A stretch of DNA of 32,000 nucleotides from Candidatus Saccharimonadota bacterium (GCA_020160975.1 JAIUPJ010000001.1:600001-632000), one strand, 5' to 3'. Shown: positions 1 through 9,540, counted from the stretch's first letter. Numbers and translations are program-made. Notes: generated by a model not told the origin, from the sequence alone.

Positions 1-3000
1 TGACGGGAGCAACCAGCGTGGATGGATCGCAGGTCGTTGCATTGGTGCGTCCTCCAATGAGGTAGATATACCCATTTGCCGCCACCGCTTCAGCCTGGGT
101 GTGGCTTGCGGGCAGGCCTGAAGTGAATGTCCATGTGCCTGCCGTGCCATTGGTGGCATTGATTTGAGAATACTGTACGTCGCTCAGGTAGTTTGTACCG
201 TCAAACCCACCAAAGAGATAGAGGTTGTTGGCATAAGCGACCGCAGCGGTACCACTGCGGGCTGCAGTAAATGGTGTACTGGCTGTCGACCAGGCAGTCG
301 CAATATTGCCACCATTACTTAACTGAGGGCTGACATAGACGGTATTGCAGACGTTGCTCGCTGTACAGCCAGCACCTGTGCCGCTACCGCCAATCACGTA
401 GAGACGATCGTTCCACACGGCAGCACCGAAGTTGGTTCGAGCAGCGGGTAGACCGTTTGTCGCCGTTGCCCAGGAGGTGATATTGCCAGCTGTAGGTGTG
501 GCATAGTAGACTTCGGTGCGTCGATCTGTCGCAGTGCTGCTTTGACCGCCAATGTAGTAGAGTGACCCACCTGCAGCACGAAGCTTGCCCCACGTGCGAA
601 CGGCGGGAAGCGGAGCGGTCGTGTTGCTCCATGCTCCTACGGCACCGTTGCTATCGATAGTGGCGTATGAAACTGTGTCGACAGCCGTGGTGCAGTCTGT
701 CGCACTGACACATCCGCCGGCAACGTAGAGGGTGCCATTGAGGATGGTGGCACTGGCACCGATTCGGTTGGGGTTTGTGGTGTAGGTGTTGGCACTTGTT
801 GTATAGCCAGCGGGCGCTCCACTATCGTTGTTGTATACCTGAAAGGTTTGAATGATATTGGTCGGACCCCCTGTGTTGCAGGTAGGGCTTGCGCCAATGG
901 TACATCCGCCAATCACGTAGGCATATGAGTTTGAGACTGGTACGGTGAGACCCCAGCGTTGATTGATTTCTACGGCAGAAACATTCCAGCCATCTCCAGG
1001 CTCTCCTAGGCTGCCATCGGATACATTGATTTTGATAAACTCAATGTCAGCCAAGACGCCTGTTGCAGCCTCGTAGCCTCCCACCGCATAGAGATAGCCG
1101 TTGTAGCCAAAGGCGGCCGAACGTCGTCGTCCTACTGACATCTGATTGGGGGATTCAGTCCAAGTTGTCCCACTGACTGCAACGACATTGTTGTTGTTAT
1201 CGATTTTTGCATAGTGCACAGTTTTCTGGTCAACGAGATTTGGCGAGACACCGCCAATCAAGTACACGTAGTTGGCGTACACCGTACCACTCATGATGCC
1301 TAGGCCAGTCCCAGTGGCACCGGGAATGGTGCCGATTTGCAACTGGCCAGTGGTCGTGCAGCCAGCGATAGCTCCGCTCGCCTGGATATTGCACTTGTAG
1401 ACATTCTGGCTGTAGTTTGTGCACCCTGCAGCATCAGTCACTGAGCATCCGCCAAATACAAACAGGTTACCAGGGTTATTCGTCGCATCGGCTGGGTTTG
1501 GTCGCGCATAGGCGAACAGGTATGAGACGGAGTTCATGCCAAGGCCTGTCATGCTCTGAGTTGTCCACGGGCCGATACTACCATTTGAGTTGAGTGTGGT
1601 ACGAAGCAGAGTATTGGTGTTTCCGGCACCATCAAGTCCGCCAACGAGATAGAGCCGGCCACCAAACACGACTGGGCTTGAAGCGCCAATGCCGCCTGTA
1701 ATAGTGTTGGTGGTATCAACACACCAAATATTTCCTCGCAGCGTGTTTGGTGCTGTGCAGGTCGGCGCTGTCATGGTTCCTGTGGAAGAGATTGCTGTGT
1801 AGGCGACATTGCTTGACATGGCGGTACAAGCTTCACTGGTACACCCACCTATGATGTAGAGATAGCCATTGGTAATAATAGCGGCGTTGAGTATATTGCC
1901 GACAAAAGTAGTCCCAGGCATATTACAGCTTGTGGGCGTCCCGCCACTACAAGGTGCGGTGCCGGCTGGGACGGTTGTTCCTACAGTTGAAGCATCACCA
2001 TCACGATTGATATTTCCATAAAGAATACTACTGAGCGTGCCGCTACATGCGCCGGTAGTAGTATTCTGTGTGCTACAGCCCCCAACTGCGTAGATGACAT
2101 CGCGCCATGCAAATAGCCCATGACCGAAGCGTTGACTTGAGACGTCACCCACTGTGTTCCATACATCAAGACTACCGTCTGCATTGATACTGGCAGTCTG
2201 AGTATCTGACTGGACGGTTGTGCAGTATCCACTCGCATTTACTGTGCTGCAACCACCAGAGATATAAATGTATGCCCCCCACACCACTGAAAAATTACCG
2301 CCACCACTGAAGCGTCCCGTGGCAAAGCTATTGGTTTGTACCCAAGCGTTGAGCGTGCCATCTGAATTTATCTTATTGTAATAGACACTCGATAACGGTG
2401 CTCCGCCAATGGTGCTAGCGCCACCGAGAACATACAGACGGTCATTGTATACTTGGGCGCTATGGCCGTAAAGATTTGAGGGGAGTGTTGTCGATGAAGC
2501 CCAGGTGCTCAGCTGACCTGTTGGAGTGATATCTGCGATTTCGACGGTGTTCACTGGTGCCGATGCGGTACGTCCACCGATCAGGTACATGCGGTTGTTA
2601 TAAGCAACTGCGGTCAGGTCAGAACGAGCAGTACTTATGCCAGTGTCTTGATACCAGTATGCCCAAGTACTTTTATTGCTACTTGTCGGGTGCCAAAGTT
2701 GTGGCTCGCCGCTTGCACCGAGCTTCGCTATGTAAACCGTGCTCTGTGGAGCGCCTGAGCTGTTGTTGCCACCGATAACATAGAGAAATCCGTTGTAGGC
2801 GACAATTGAGTAATTAGTTCGAGCTTGAGGCAGGGCATAGTCCGAGTCGGTACACCAACCGCTACAAGTACCATTACCGGGGTTTGGGCTTTCAAGTGAG
2901 CCATCAGTTGTCGAGAGGTGCATCCAGTTGAGTGTCGCACTTGGTGAAGCACCACCAGCTCCATAGTTGATAATGATGCCACCATTGCCGCCGGCTCCAC

Positions 3001-4966
3001 CAGTGCCGCCAGTTAGTCCTGCTGCGCCACCTTGTCCCGCTCCAGCTCGATCGACATCAGCGTTATTGCCCGGATTGATACCTGCGCCGGCTGTAGATGT
3101 AAGCCCGCTACTAGCAAAACTTGACCCACCACCACCGCCGCCACCACCAGCGGATGTGCCGGAACCTGCTCCACCGCCACCACCGAAGTAGCCACTCGCT
3201 CCACCGCCACCACCAGCGCGATTTGTTGAGAGCACGCCGCCACCTGATCCACCACCAGTGAGCCCACCAAGGGTACCAGATCCATCAGTTGTTCCGGTCG
3301 TACCGTTCGCCCCAGGACCACCGGTCAGCGAAGACCCCGCAAGCCCAGCGTTGGTGCCAGTACCTCCAGCTCCACCGGCACTAGCGGTGCCACGTGCGCC
3401 ACCACCGTTTGCAAGAGATGGACTACCATTGACACCAGTTGTGCCACCACCAGCTCCACCTGCTCCACCAATGTGAGTAGCCGAGTTACGACCCCCCCCT
3501 CCACCACCTCCACCTGCAGCGATAGCAAGCGGGGTAGTGCCTCGATAAATACTGGAGTAGGCTCCACCCGAACCACCGCCACCAGCAGTGTTACGTGTGC
3601 CCCCTCCACCTCCTCCACCAACATAGACAGTGAGTGTCTCGTTTGGCGTGACGGCAATAGTGCCTGAGACGTAGCCAGCACCACCCCCCGCACCACCTGC
3701 AGCAGCAGAGCCGCCGCTACCTCCACCACCTCCACCACCCCATACTTTGACCGTGAGGCTCGTCACGCCATCAGGAACAGTAAACGTACTTGCACCTTGC
3801 GCACTATACACTTGTCCATTGAATGAGTTGCCACCGACGGAGTAGAGGTAGCCTCCGGCAACTGCGGTACCGCCAGTCCAGTTTGGTTGAGGTAGCTTCG
3901 TCGCTGAATTCCAGGTGTCAAAACGTGCACCAGTGGTACGACCTTTTTTGATTAATTTGTTTGCGACGTCAAAATTAATGTTGGTTTCGTTGTTTCCATT
4001 CATGAACTGCTGGGCGGTGACAATATAGATACTCGGGTCTATGCTTAGCGGATACGAAGCCCTCTCCAGGCCACTAGCGGTGACGGTGAGTTCATTTTTT
4101 TCGAGCGTGAACGATACCTCGACTGCCGATTGCTGTTTGCCTGTTTCGATCACTGTTGGCTTGGGGATGACAAACAGTAGCAGTGTTTTGGCGGCATTTT
4201 CACGGGCTTTTTTGAGTAGAGCAGCATCAGCATCAGTACCTGTGGAGATACTATTAATGAAAAGTTCGTTGCCATAGACGCCAATACTTCCGTCGACTTC
4301 TTTGCGGGCTTCAGTGCCGTCAGGGAGGCCGAGGCGGTAAGTGGCGGAGAAACTATCGCCAGGTTTTTCTTTCAAAATGATGTCTTCTTTGATGCCAGTT
4401 CCTCCGGCGGTGTAAACGAGCCAGCCACCGTGATTGCGGAATGGGTAAATGATACGATTGCTTTCTTGTTTGCCTTCTGCGAGTGCGAGCTTTGGCGTCA
4501 TCTTTAGATCTACTTTGTAATTCGGATCAGTGACGGTCACGCCTGCAGCTGCGTCATCAGGAATAGTTGCCGCAACTCGAGCATTAGACGACTGCTTGTT
4601 CCCAGAGATCGGCGCGTTGCCATACGAAAACGTATACAGCTTTTTGGCACTATCGTATCGAAGGTTTTTTTCGAATAGTTCTGAAGGAGCGGAGAGAAGT
4701 TTACTCGCCGCAGCGATTTGATAACTATGGGGGCCATAATACACATAGAGCAGCCAGCCGATATAACTTAAGATCAGCAGGGAGGCGAGGGCAACACAAA
4801 GGCGTATCAACTTCTTGCGAGTCGGCACGGGTATGACAAAATAGCGCTTGCCAGAGACGGTGGACTTCGTGAATGAGCTGAGTATCGCAAAAGACGGTCG
4901 CTTGGCGAGGCGTCCTGAAAAGCGTTGTACTCCCAATCGAGATCCGTGATGTTTTTTTATTCTCAT
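1..4966 (-). CDS. Giant membrane-anchored surface protein, partial (C-terminus lies beyond the window start). Has an N-terminal TM anchor, a glycine-rich domain and a long array of Kelch-type beta-propeller repeats.
   Basis: Not in the supplied ORF track because the ORF is open at the window edge. Hand translation of the minus strand from ATG (4966-4964) gives MRIKKHHGSRLGVQRFSGRLAK..., then a hydrophobic segment LCVALASLLILSYIGWLLYVYY. At about nt 3740-2960 there is a Gly-rich block (TVKVWGGGGGGGSGGSAAAGGAGGGAGYVSGTIAVTPNETLTVYVGGGGGGG...). About 16-17 h-Y-h-x-GG blades follow (FLYVIGG, RMYLIGG, RLYVLGG, VIYAVGG, YLYIIGG, RLYLVGG, YVYLIGG, YLYAVGG, RLYVIGG, YIYLIGG...) with spaced Trp, typical of Kelch repeats. 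None of the minus-strand ORFs the track lists in 1-4966 is in this frame (end coordinate = 1 mod 3), consistent with one uninterrupted ORF. Confidence 0.8.
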   Translation of the reverse strand, partial: MRIKKHHGSRLGVQRFSGRLAKRPSFAILSSFTKSTVSGKRYFVIPVPTRKKLIRLCVALASLLILSYIGWLLYVYYGPHSYQIAAASKLLSAPSELFEKNLRYDSAKKLYTFSYGNAPISGNKQSSNARVAATIPDDAAAGVTVTDPNYKVDLKMTPKLALAEGKQESNRIIYPFRNHGGWLVYTAGGTGIKEDIILKEKPGDSFSATYRLGLPDGTEARKEVDGSIGVYGNELFINSISTGTDADAALLKKARENAAKTLLLFVIPKPTVIETGKQQSAVEVSFTLEKNELTVTASGLERASYPLSIDPSIYIVTAQQFMNGNNETNINFDVANKLIKKGRTTGARFDTWNSATKLPQPNWTGGTAVAGGYLYSVGGNSFNGQVYSAQGASTFTVPDGVTSLTVKVWGGGGGGGSGGSAAAGGAGGGAGYVSGTIAVTPNETLTVYVGGGGGGGTRNTAGGGGSGGAYSSIYRGTTPLAIAAGGGGGGGGRNSATHIGGAGGAGGGTTGVNGSPSLANGGGARGTASAGGAGGTGTNAGLAGSSLTGGPGANGTTGTTDGSGTLGGLTGGGSGGGVLSTNRAGGGGGASGYFGGGGGAGSGTSAGGGGGGGGSSFASSGLTSTAGAGINPGNNADVDRAGAGQGGAAGLTGGTGGAGGNGGIIINYGAGGASPSATLNWMHLSTTDGSLESPNPGNGTCSGWCTDSDYALPQARTNYSIVAYNGFLYVIGGNNSSGAPQSTVYIAKLGASGEPQLWHPTSSNKSTWAYWYQDTGISTARSDLTAVAYNNRMYLIGGRTASAPVNTVEIADITPTGQLSTWASSTTLPSNLYGHSAQVYNDRLYVLGGASTIGGAPLSSVYYNKINSDGTLNAWVQTNSFATGRFSGGGNFSVVWGAYIYISGGCSTVNASGYCTTVQSDTQTASINADGSLDVWNTVGDVSSQRFGHGLFAWRDVIYAVGGCSTQNTTTGACSGTLSSILYGNINRDGDASTVGTTVPAGTAPCSGGTPTSCNMPGTTFVGNILNAAIITNGYLYIIGGCTSEACTAMSSNVAYTAISSTGTMTAPTCTAPNTLRGNIWCVDTTNTITGGIGASSPVVFGGRLYLVGGLDGAGNTNTLLRTTLNSNGSIGPWTTQSMTGLGMNSVSYLFAYARPNPADATNNPGNLFVFGGCSVTDAAGCTNYSQNVYKCNIQASGAIAGCTTTGQLQIGTIPGATGTGLGIMSGTVYANYVYLIGGVSPNLVDQKTVHYAKIDNNNNVVAVSGTTWTESPNQMSVGRRRSAAFGYNGYLYAVGGYEAATGVLADIEFIKINVSDGSLGEPGDGWNVSAVEINQRWGLTVPVSNSYAYVIGGCTIGASPTCNTGGPTNIIQTFQVYNNDSGAPAGYTTSANTYTTNPNRIGASATILNGTLYVAGGCVSATDCTTAVDTVSYATIDSNGAVGAWSNTTAPLPAVRTWGKLRAAGGSLYYIGGQSSTATDRRTEVYYATPTAGNITSWATATNGLPAARTNFGAAVWNDRLYVIGGSGTGAGCTASNVCNTVYVSPQLSNGGNIATAWSTASTPFTAARSGTAAVAYANNLYLFGGFDGTNYLSDVQYSQINATNGTAGTWTFTSGLPASHTQAEAVAANGYIYLIGGRTNATTCDPSTLVAPV
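2960..3740 (-). repeat. Low-complexity Gly-codon (GGN)n region inside the giant surface-protein gene. Includes a G8/C8 homopolymer at 3492-3499.
   Basis: The plus strand reads as runs of ccacc/gccacc. Plus-strand ORFs here translate to poly-Pro (PPPPPPPP), the mirror image of poly-Gly on the coding (minus) strand. 'acccccccct' at 3491-3500. Confidence 0.7.
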
Positions 4967-5025
4967 AATCCCATAGTCCACCCCTGGTGGTTCTCTGTTA
5001 GTATAGCATAACCGCTAAGGACAGA

Positions 5026-8000
5026 CTACTTGTTGCTGAAGGCAAAGTTGAGGTTGCCGACATAGGCGTTGGCATTTTTGCTGGTGACGACATCAATCTT
5101 GAAGACGATACTATTTCCAGGGGTAAACCCGCAGGTCGAAGGATCGGCGGCACCGCTTGCCGATTTCGTTTGCCAGCTCGTCACCGTGCCAGTGGAGACG
5201 ACTGAGCTAGTGCCACATGGCGTTAAGCCGCTACCGGCATTTCGGTATATCTGGTAGCTCACCGTTGCCGAACCGCCGTTTGAACCGTTATCGGTACGGC
5301 CCATGAGCGAAGTTTGGCCAGAATTAAAGCTCTTGAAGGTGCCAGGAAGCTGGTATGTCACGTAAATACTATACGTCTGGGCAGATGCCTGAGGGCTTGT
5401 CCATTTGTAGAAGTTGTAGGTCTCACCACCAGCGCAGATAGTGGGCTGGCCAGAGCTGCCGTCGTTGATCCCAAGTGTCGAGCTACATAGGTCGCTTGTC
5501 ATCGTGCCAACCCCCGTGCCGTGCAGCACAGCATTGGTAAACTCTGGCGAGATAGTGATGATATTGTCTGGGCTTGAACCACAGGCACCCCAACCGTCAG
5601 CTTCGTAGCACTGCAATTTACCGAGTGTCGTATCGTAGTACATGCTACCGAGCAGTGCATCGTTGTTGGCCGCCACAGGCGCAGAAGCTCCACGGTCAAG
5701 CGTGAAGAGAGTAGTCGGGCCACCATTCGTACCACCGCCAATCTGGACGTTTGGCGTCGTATTACTGCTGAGGGTCAAGCTAAAGGTGTCGACATAGAAT
5801 GTCCGTGCAACTCCCGTCGCTTGAGTAAAGTAAACATACGGGTTGGTGGCAGTCGTGGCGTCAGTCGTGATATAGCAGGTGACTTTTGTGAAATTACTAA
5901 TACTCGTTGAGATGACTTGAGTATTGTAGTCGGCGCAGTTCACAAAGCTTGTGCCTCCGTCTCTTGAGTAGCGAACGGTAAAATTATTAAATGCATTGCT
6001 GCTCGCCACGTAGACAGAAATCCGGTACAGAGTGCTTGGTAGTGGATTGATGCTTAGTTTGTTGCGTACACCTTGTCCAGCGGTGGCAGTCGTGACGACT
6101 TGTGCACTATCACTCGCTTCATTTCCTGCAACATTCGTCCAGGTGCTTGTTGCTCCACCGACTCCGGGCCAGTTAGTACTAAAGTTTATATTGTCACCGA
6201 CATCACCATCAGTTGCGAGATTGTAGTCGGCAGCGATGGTGACGGAAATATTATCAACATAGAAGGTACGAGCTGTACCAGTCGTTTGTCTGATGATAAT
6301 GGCATTTGAAGCGGTAATACCACTCGCTGGTGCGGTAAAGGTACAGTTTACCTTTGTCCAGATGCTTGTTGCGCTGGTGGCGGCAGCCGTACATGGCACA
6401 CTGGCTGCAACACCGTCAATTGAGTAGTACACACTCATGTCAGTGAAAATGCCACTAGCGAGACGGGTTGTAAATGACACGTTGTAGTGCATGTTGGGTG
6501 TGAGCGCACCGGTGAGAACATTTTTGACGCCATCATTTGCCGTGCCAGTGGTAGCGATTGCGACTGAGGCTTGTCCTGTGGCGATATAATTACCGGCGGT
6601 ATTGTAGCGACTAATGGTTGCGCTCCCCATCGGCATCCACGTATTGGCTGGGAAAGTAATCGGTGTACTGCCAGCAACCTCGGCACCACTATCAGAGGTA
6701 TACTCAGTGACGTTGCTATTAACCTGGAAGAGTCCGGCTGCGCTAGAGGTTTGGACGCTCAGCAATGTACCATTAACTGAGTTTACTGTGCTGTCACGGA
6801 TTGTTAATCCATTGGTGGCGCTGGTTTTGCTGACGACTAACTCAGCACCACCAGCACTCTGGAGGGTATTGTCATATGCTGCCTGCAGCGTGGTGCTACT
6901 CGATGCTCCTGCTGCCGTCCAGTCGTCGCCGTTCCATATCATCGTGGCAGTTGTGTTTTTGCGCATAGCGATTTGATTACCCTGGCCACCGCCGTTGACT
7001 GAGAGTGTGAAATCTTTTGAGGTGTTTGAGGCGGTGACATACACGACGCGACCCGCAGTGAGGATTGTTGGGTCGGGAAGAGTTGCGGTTCGCCCGTCGA
7101 CGCTGAAGCCGACGAGTATCGCTGCCGTGTTGTTGACTGAGCTCTGAGCAATCGTACAGCTCGCAAGGACGGGAGCACTGCTGGTAAAACAATTGGGATC
7201 AGCGGTTGTGGTCGAGAATGTTGGTGTCGACATCACCACCAAGCCTTGCGCACCCGTACCGCTGCCGCTACCACCACTGAGAGTGAGGTTGCCGCCATTT
7301 GTATTTGCGAGTGACGCATTGCCGCCCTGAATGGCTAGTGTTTGATTTGGCGCACCCTGTACCGATGAGGTTGTCGAGCCCGAGAAGGTAAGGGCAGAGT
7401 TGGTAAGAATGGTTGTGCCAGCAATTTTATAATCAGTCGAGGTATTGATACTACCAGTGACATCAAGTGCACTGCCGACGGTCGAGGAATTTCCGATTGC
7501 TACTCGTGAATTGGTGGTGTCGACCGCCATTACGACATCGGTGCCGCTACTTGTTTTGACAGAAAGCGCAGACGTGCTGTTGACAGCTGGCTGGACAGTC
7601 AATGAGCCGGTTGAACCAACGCTCAGTACCGGTGATGCAACGCCGCTCGCCTTGACCTGCAAAATATCCACACTTTGCCCAGCAGCACCTTGGAATACTG
7701 CAGCCGAGTTTGTGCTTGCGGCGCTTTGCAAGGCAATGTTTGCTGTCTGTAGTGTCGTCGTGTTTTGGATAAAGTCACCAGCGGTTTTGCCGCCCAGCAT
7801 GCCCGCATTCATAGCGTATGGTGTGCTTGCGAGGCGTTTCATCGGCAGCATTTCACCGTCGCCCGCACAAGAAGCAAAAGGCGTACAAGTTGCGTTCGTA
7901 TTGCCAATGTTGATACTGAGCCAAAGCGTGTCTTGATTCCAGTCCACGCTGCTCAGGGGAGTAATTGAGCCCAACTGCACTGACATGTAGCCGTTTTTCA

Positions 8001-8304
8001 CCATGACACCCTTGCCTCCAGAGTTAAGCCAGTTCTCGGTCCACTTTAAGGTGCTTGCTGGCGAGCCAGTGCTGTTATTAGCCGAGAGGCCATCGCCATC
8101 CTGATAGATCTTAAACTGAATGTTGTAGTAGCCATCTGCGACTGTGGCGCCTGAAGCGGTGAGGAGTCGACCTTGGAAGTTGATTTGTTGGTTGATGCCT
8201 GGCGATGCAGACACAGAGGAGTTTGTTATGAGAGTTACAACGCAAAGCACGCCCAGCAATAGGGCGCCTAAGATACTCCGGCGTAGGGCACGAAAAACAG
8301 TCAT
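5026..8304 (-). CDS. Large secreted surface protein (1092 aa) with two CBM4/9-like carbohydrate-binding-type modules and a Cys-containing C-terminal domain.
   Basis: Track ORF 5026..8391. I trimmed the start to ATG at 8304 (M30), which gives a classic signal peptide MTVFRALRRSILGALLLGVLCVVTLITNSSVSASP. Two ~150-aa modules end in the CBM-like signature ARTFYVDNISVTI and ARTFYVDTFSLTL. The protein is Ser/Thr/Asn/Gly-rich and beta-type throughout. Confidence 0.8.
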   Translation of the reverse strand: MTVFRALRRSILGALLLGVLCVVTLITNSSVSASPGINQQINFQGRLLTASGATVADGYYNIQFKIYQDGDGLSANNSTGSPASTLKWTENWLNSGGKGVMVKNGYMSVQLGSITPLSSVDWNQDTLWLSINIGNTNATCTPFASCAGDGEMLPMKRLASTPYAMNAGMLGGKTAGDFIQNTTTLQTANIALQSAASTNSAAVFQGAAGQSVDILQVKASGVASPVLSVGSTGSLTVQPAVNSTSALSVKTSSGTDVVMAVDTTNSRVAIGNSSTVGSALDVTGSINTSTDYKIAGTTILTNSALTFSGSTTSSVQGAPNQTLAIQGGNASLANTNGGNLTLSGGSGSGTGAQGLVVMSTPTFSTTTADPNCFTSSAPVLASCTIAQSSVNNTAAILVGFSVDGRTATLPDPTILTAGRVVYVTASNTSKDFTLSVNGGGQGNQIAMRKNTTATMIWNGDDWTAAGASSSTTLQAAYDNTLQSAGGAELVVSKTSATNGLTIRDSTVNSVNGTLLSVQTSSAAGLFQVNSNVTEYTSDSGAEVAGSTPITFPANTWMPMGSATISRYNTAGNYIATGQASVAIATTGTANDGVKNVLTGALTPNMHYNVSFTTRLASGIFTDMSVYYSIDGVAASVPCTAAATSATSIWTKVNCTFTAPASGITASNAIIIRQTTGTARTFYVDNISVTIAADYNLATDGDVGDNINFSTNWPGVGGATSTWTNVAGNEASDSAQVVTTATAGQGVRNKLSINPLPSTLYRISVYVASSNAFNNFTVRYSRDGGTSFVNCADYNTQVISTSISNFTKVTCYITTDATTATNPYVYFTQATGVARTFYVDTFSLTLSSNTTPNVQIGGGTNGGPTTLFTLDRGASAPVAANNDALLGSMYYDTTLGKLQCYEADGWGACGSSPDNIITISPEFTNAVLHGTGVGTMTSDLCSSTLGINDGSSGQPTICAGGETYNFYKWTSPQASAQTYSIYVTYQLPGTFKSFNSGQTSLMGRTDNGSNGGSATVSYQIYRNAGSGLTPCGTSSVVSTGTVTSWQTKSASGAADPSTCGFTPGNSIVFKIDVVTSKNANAYVGNLNFAFSNK

Positions 8305-8524
8305 GTCTTTTTGTTGTAGTTTTTGATTTATTTTTCTACCACTAAAATATAGCCCGGGCGTAGCGAGAATGAACCCTTGCTGATGTGGCATAAAAAGCCG
8401 TCAAGGTACGATAGGTGGTTTTAGATTGTTATGTTGTGCTGTAAAGCCGTTTTTGTCTCACACATAGGTTTTACCTTATTAGCATAAACAATTTATCAAG
8501 AAAATGCAAGTTTTTTCATCTATT

Positions 8525-9478
8525 CTAGGCAGCAAGTAGACCGTTTTTGATAAGTGTTCGTCGCTCACGCCATTCACCGGCCCAAAAGCTGATTGTCATG
8601 GCGAATATCGCTGCGTAGAGTGGCCAAAGTGCAATGAGAATATGGGTGGACTGATTGCTTGCAGTGGCAGCGACCACCTCTGGATCTGGCTGTCCGTTGA
8701 CAATGCTCGCCACAGTCAGGAATGCCACACGCCCATCTGCATCAGTAGCTTGGAGTGATAACTGGTAGGTACCGGCCTTTGCATAGGTGTGGGCTGCACG
8801 AAAGCTGGCGTTGTCTGGACGCGACACAACCTTGTTGGTGCTATCTCCCCATTGGATGTTGACGGCATAGGGTGCTCGACCTCCCATAATGTCAATCGGT
8901 ATGGACATTTCTTTATTGGGAAATGCTCCACGGAATACTGCATCGGTGTTGATAATGAGCTGAGAGCCACCGAAATTAAGTGAAGAAAGCCCGTTGGCAC
9001 TCGCGATACCAGGGTTGTAGGTGACATTCACCGTATTGCTATCGGGCCCCGCCTGATTCAGAGCGTCATAAACACGGGCTACAATTGCGTTTGCTCCGAT
9101 AAGTAGATCGACTTCGATCTTGAATATACCATCCGTATTACACGGAGTTGAGCCAGCAAAAATATCGTTTTTGAATATCTCAACTAAGGTGTTGGTCGGG
9201 CAAGTGCCTCCGATGACAACCGGTGTTTGAGTGAATGATTGTCCGGGGCTCGGTGTAGTGATTCTTGCCCCTTGAGTCGGCGGCTTGCCGGGCATGACAC
9301 CAGTTAGGCCGATAGATCCGGCGGCAGGTCCTGGGCGGTCCCATGCACCGACAGTCACCGTCGTTAGGCAAAATCCAACCGCCAACAATAGCACCGTCAA
9401 AGAAATATAGGCAGTGTGTTCGTGAGAGCGTATTTTTCCTGTGTTTGTATAATGGAGCAATGGCTTGCGACGAAGCAT
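8525..9478 (-). CDS. Bitopic membrane protein (TM at both ends) with bacterial Ig-like and PKD-like extracytoplasmic domains.
   Basis: Track ORF 8525..9484 starts at GTG. ATG at 9478 is preceded by TATACT (9490-9485) plus 6 nt, the recurrent leaderless geometry. N-terminal TM is YISLTVLLLAVGFCLTTVTV. The Ig-like segment is ITTPSPGQSFTQTPVVIGGTCPTNTLVEIFKND...VNVTY. The PKD-like segment is WGDSTNKVVSRPDNASFRAAHTYAKAGTYQLSLQATDADGRVAF. C-terminal TM is ILIALWPLYAAIFAMTISFWAG. Confidence 0.7.
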   Translation of the reverse strand: MLRRKPLLHYTNTGKIRSHEHTAYISLTVLLLAVGFCLTTVTVGAWDRPGPAAGSIGLTGVMPGKPPTQGARITTPSPGQSFTQTPVVIGGTCPTNTLVEIFKNDIFAGSTPCNTDGIFKIEVDLLIGANAIVARVYDALNQAGPDSNTVNVTYNPGIASANGLSSLNFGGSQLIINTDAVFRGAFPNKEMSIPIDIMGGRAPYAVNIQWGDSTNKVVSRPDNASFRAAHTYAKAGTYQLSLQATDADGRVAFLTVASIVNGQPDPEVVAATASNQSTHILIALWPLYAAIFAMTISFWAGEWRERRTLIKNGLLAA

Positions 9479-9540
9479 AAGCACAGTATACCATCAGCTA
9501 TTAGTTTTTACTAGAGTCTAGGCATAGCCAACGCTGACTG

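Noticed and set aside
2967-3476. Plus-strand ORFs encoding proline-rich peptides (2967..3191 and 3258..3476, e.g. PPPPPPPP).
   Set aside because: They are the antisense reading of the Gly-rich (GGN)n block of the giant minus-strand gene. They have no independent start context and are a low-complexity artefact.
384-4746. All short minus-strand and plus-strand track ORFs inside 1-4966 (e.g. 384..632, 637..912, 1981..2238, 3325..3738, 4041..4277, 4537..4746).
   Set aside because: They lie in the wrong frames or on the wrong strand of a continuous ORF of more than 1,650 codons whose product has coherent TM, Gly-rich and Kelch architecture. Their translations are Arg/Cys/His-rich nonsense.
4952-4958. 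A7 tracts just after the start codons of two surface-protein genes (ATGAGAATAAAAAAAC at 4966-4951; ATGAAAAAAATA at 12934-12923), considered as phase-variation switches.
   Set aside because: Seven-base A tracts encoding Lys-Lys in signal-peptide n-regions are common and too short to call contingency loci without population data. Noted only.
8305-8391. N-terminal extensions proposed by the ORF track. Examples: 8391 for the 1092-aa protein, 31725 for DUF475, 28365 for GlsB, 28791 for the receiver, 12985, 13791 and 23012.
   Set aside because: The track takes the most upstream ATG/GTG/TTG. The extensions lack signal-peptide logic, overlap terminators or neighbouring genes, and bypass better-supported ATGs backed by an SD, the leaderless -10 geometry or ATGA coupling.
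8481-8509. TTGCAT-17 nt-TATGCT promoter-like element (minus strand) upstream of the 1092-aa gene.
   Set aside because: The match is plausible, but it would imply a 5' UTR of about 175 nt. Other -10-like boxes (e.g. TATATT near 8345) compete, so I could not choose between them from sequence alone. Not listed as a feature.
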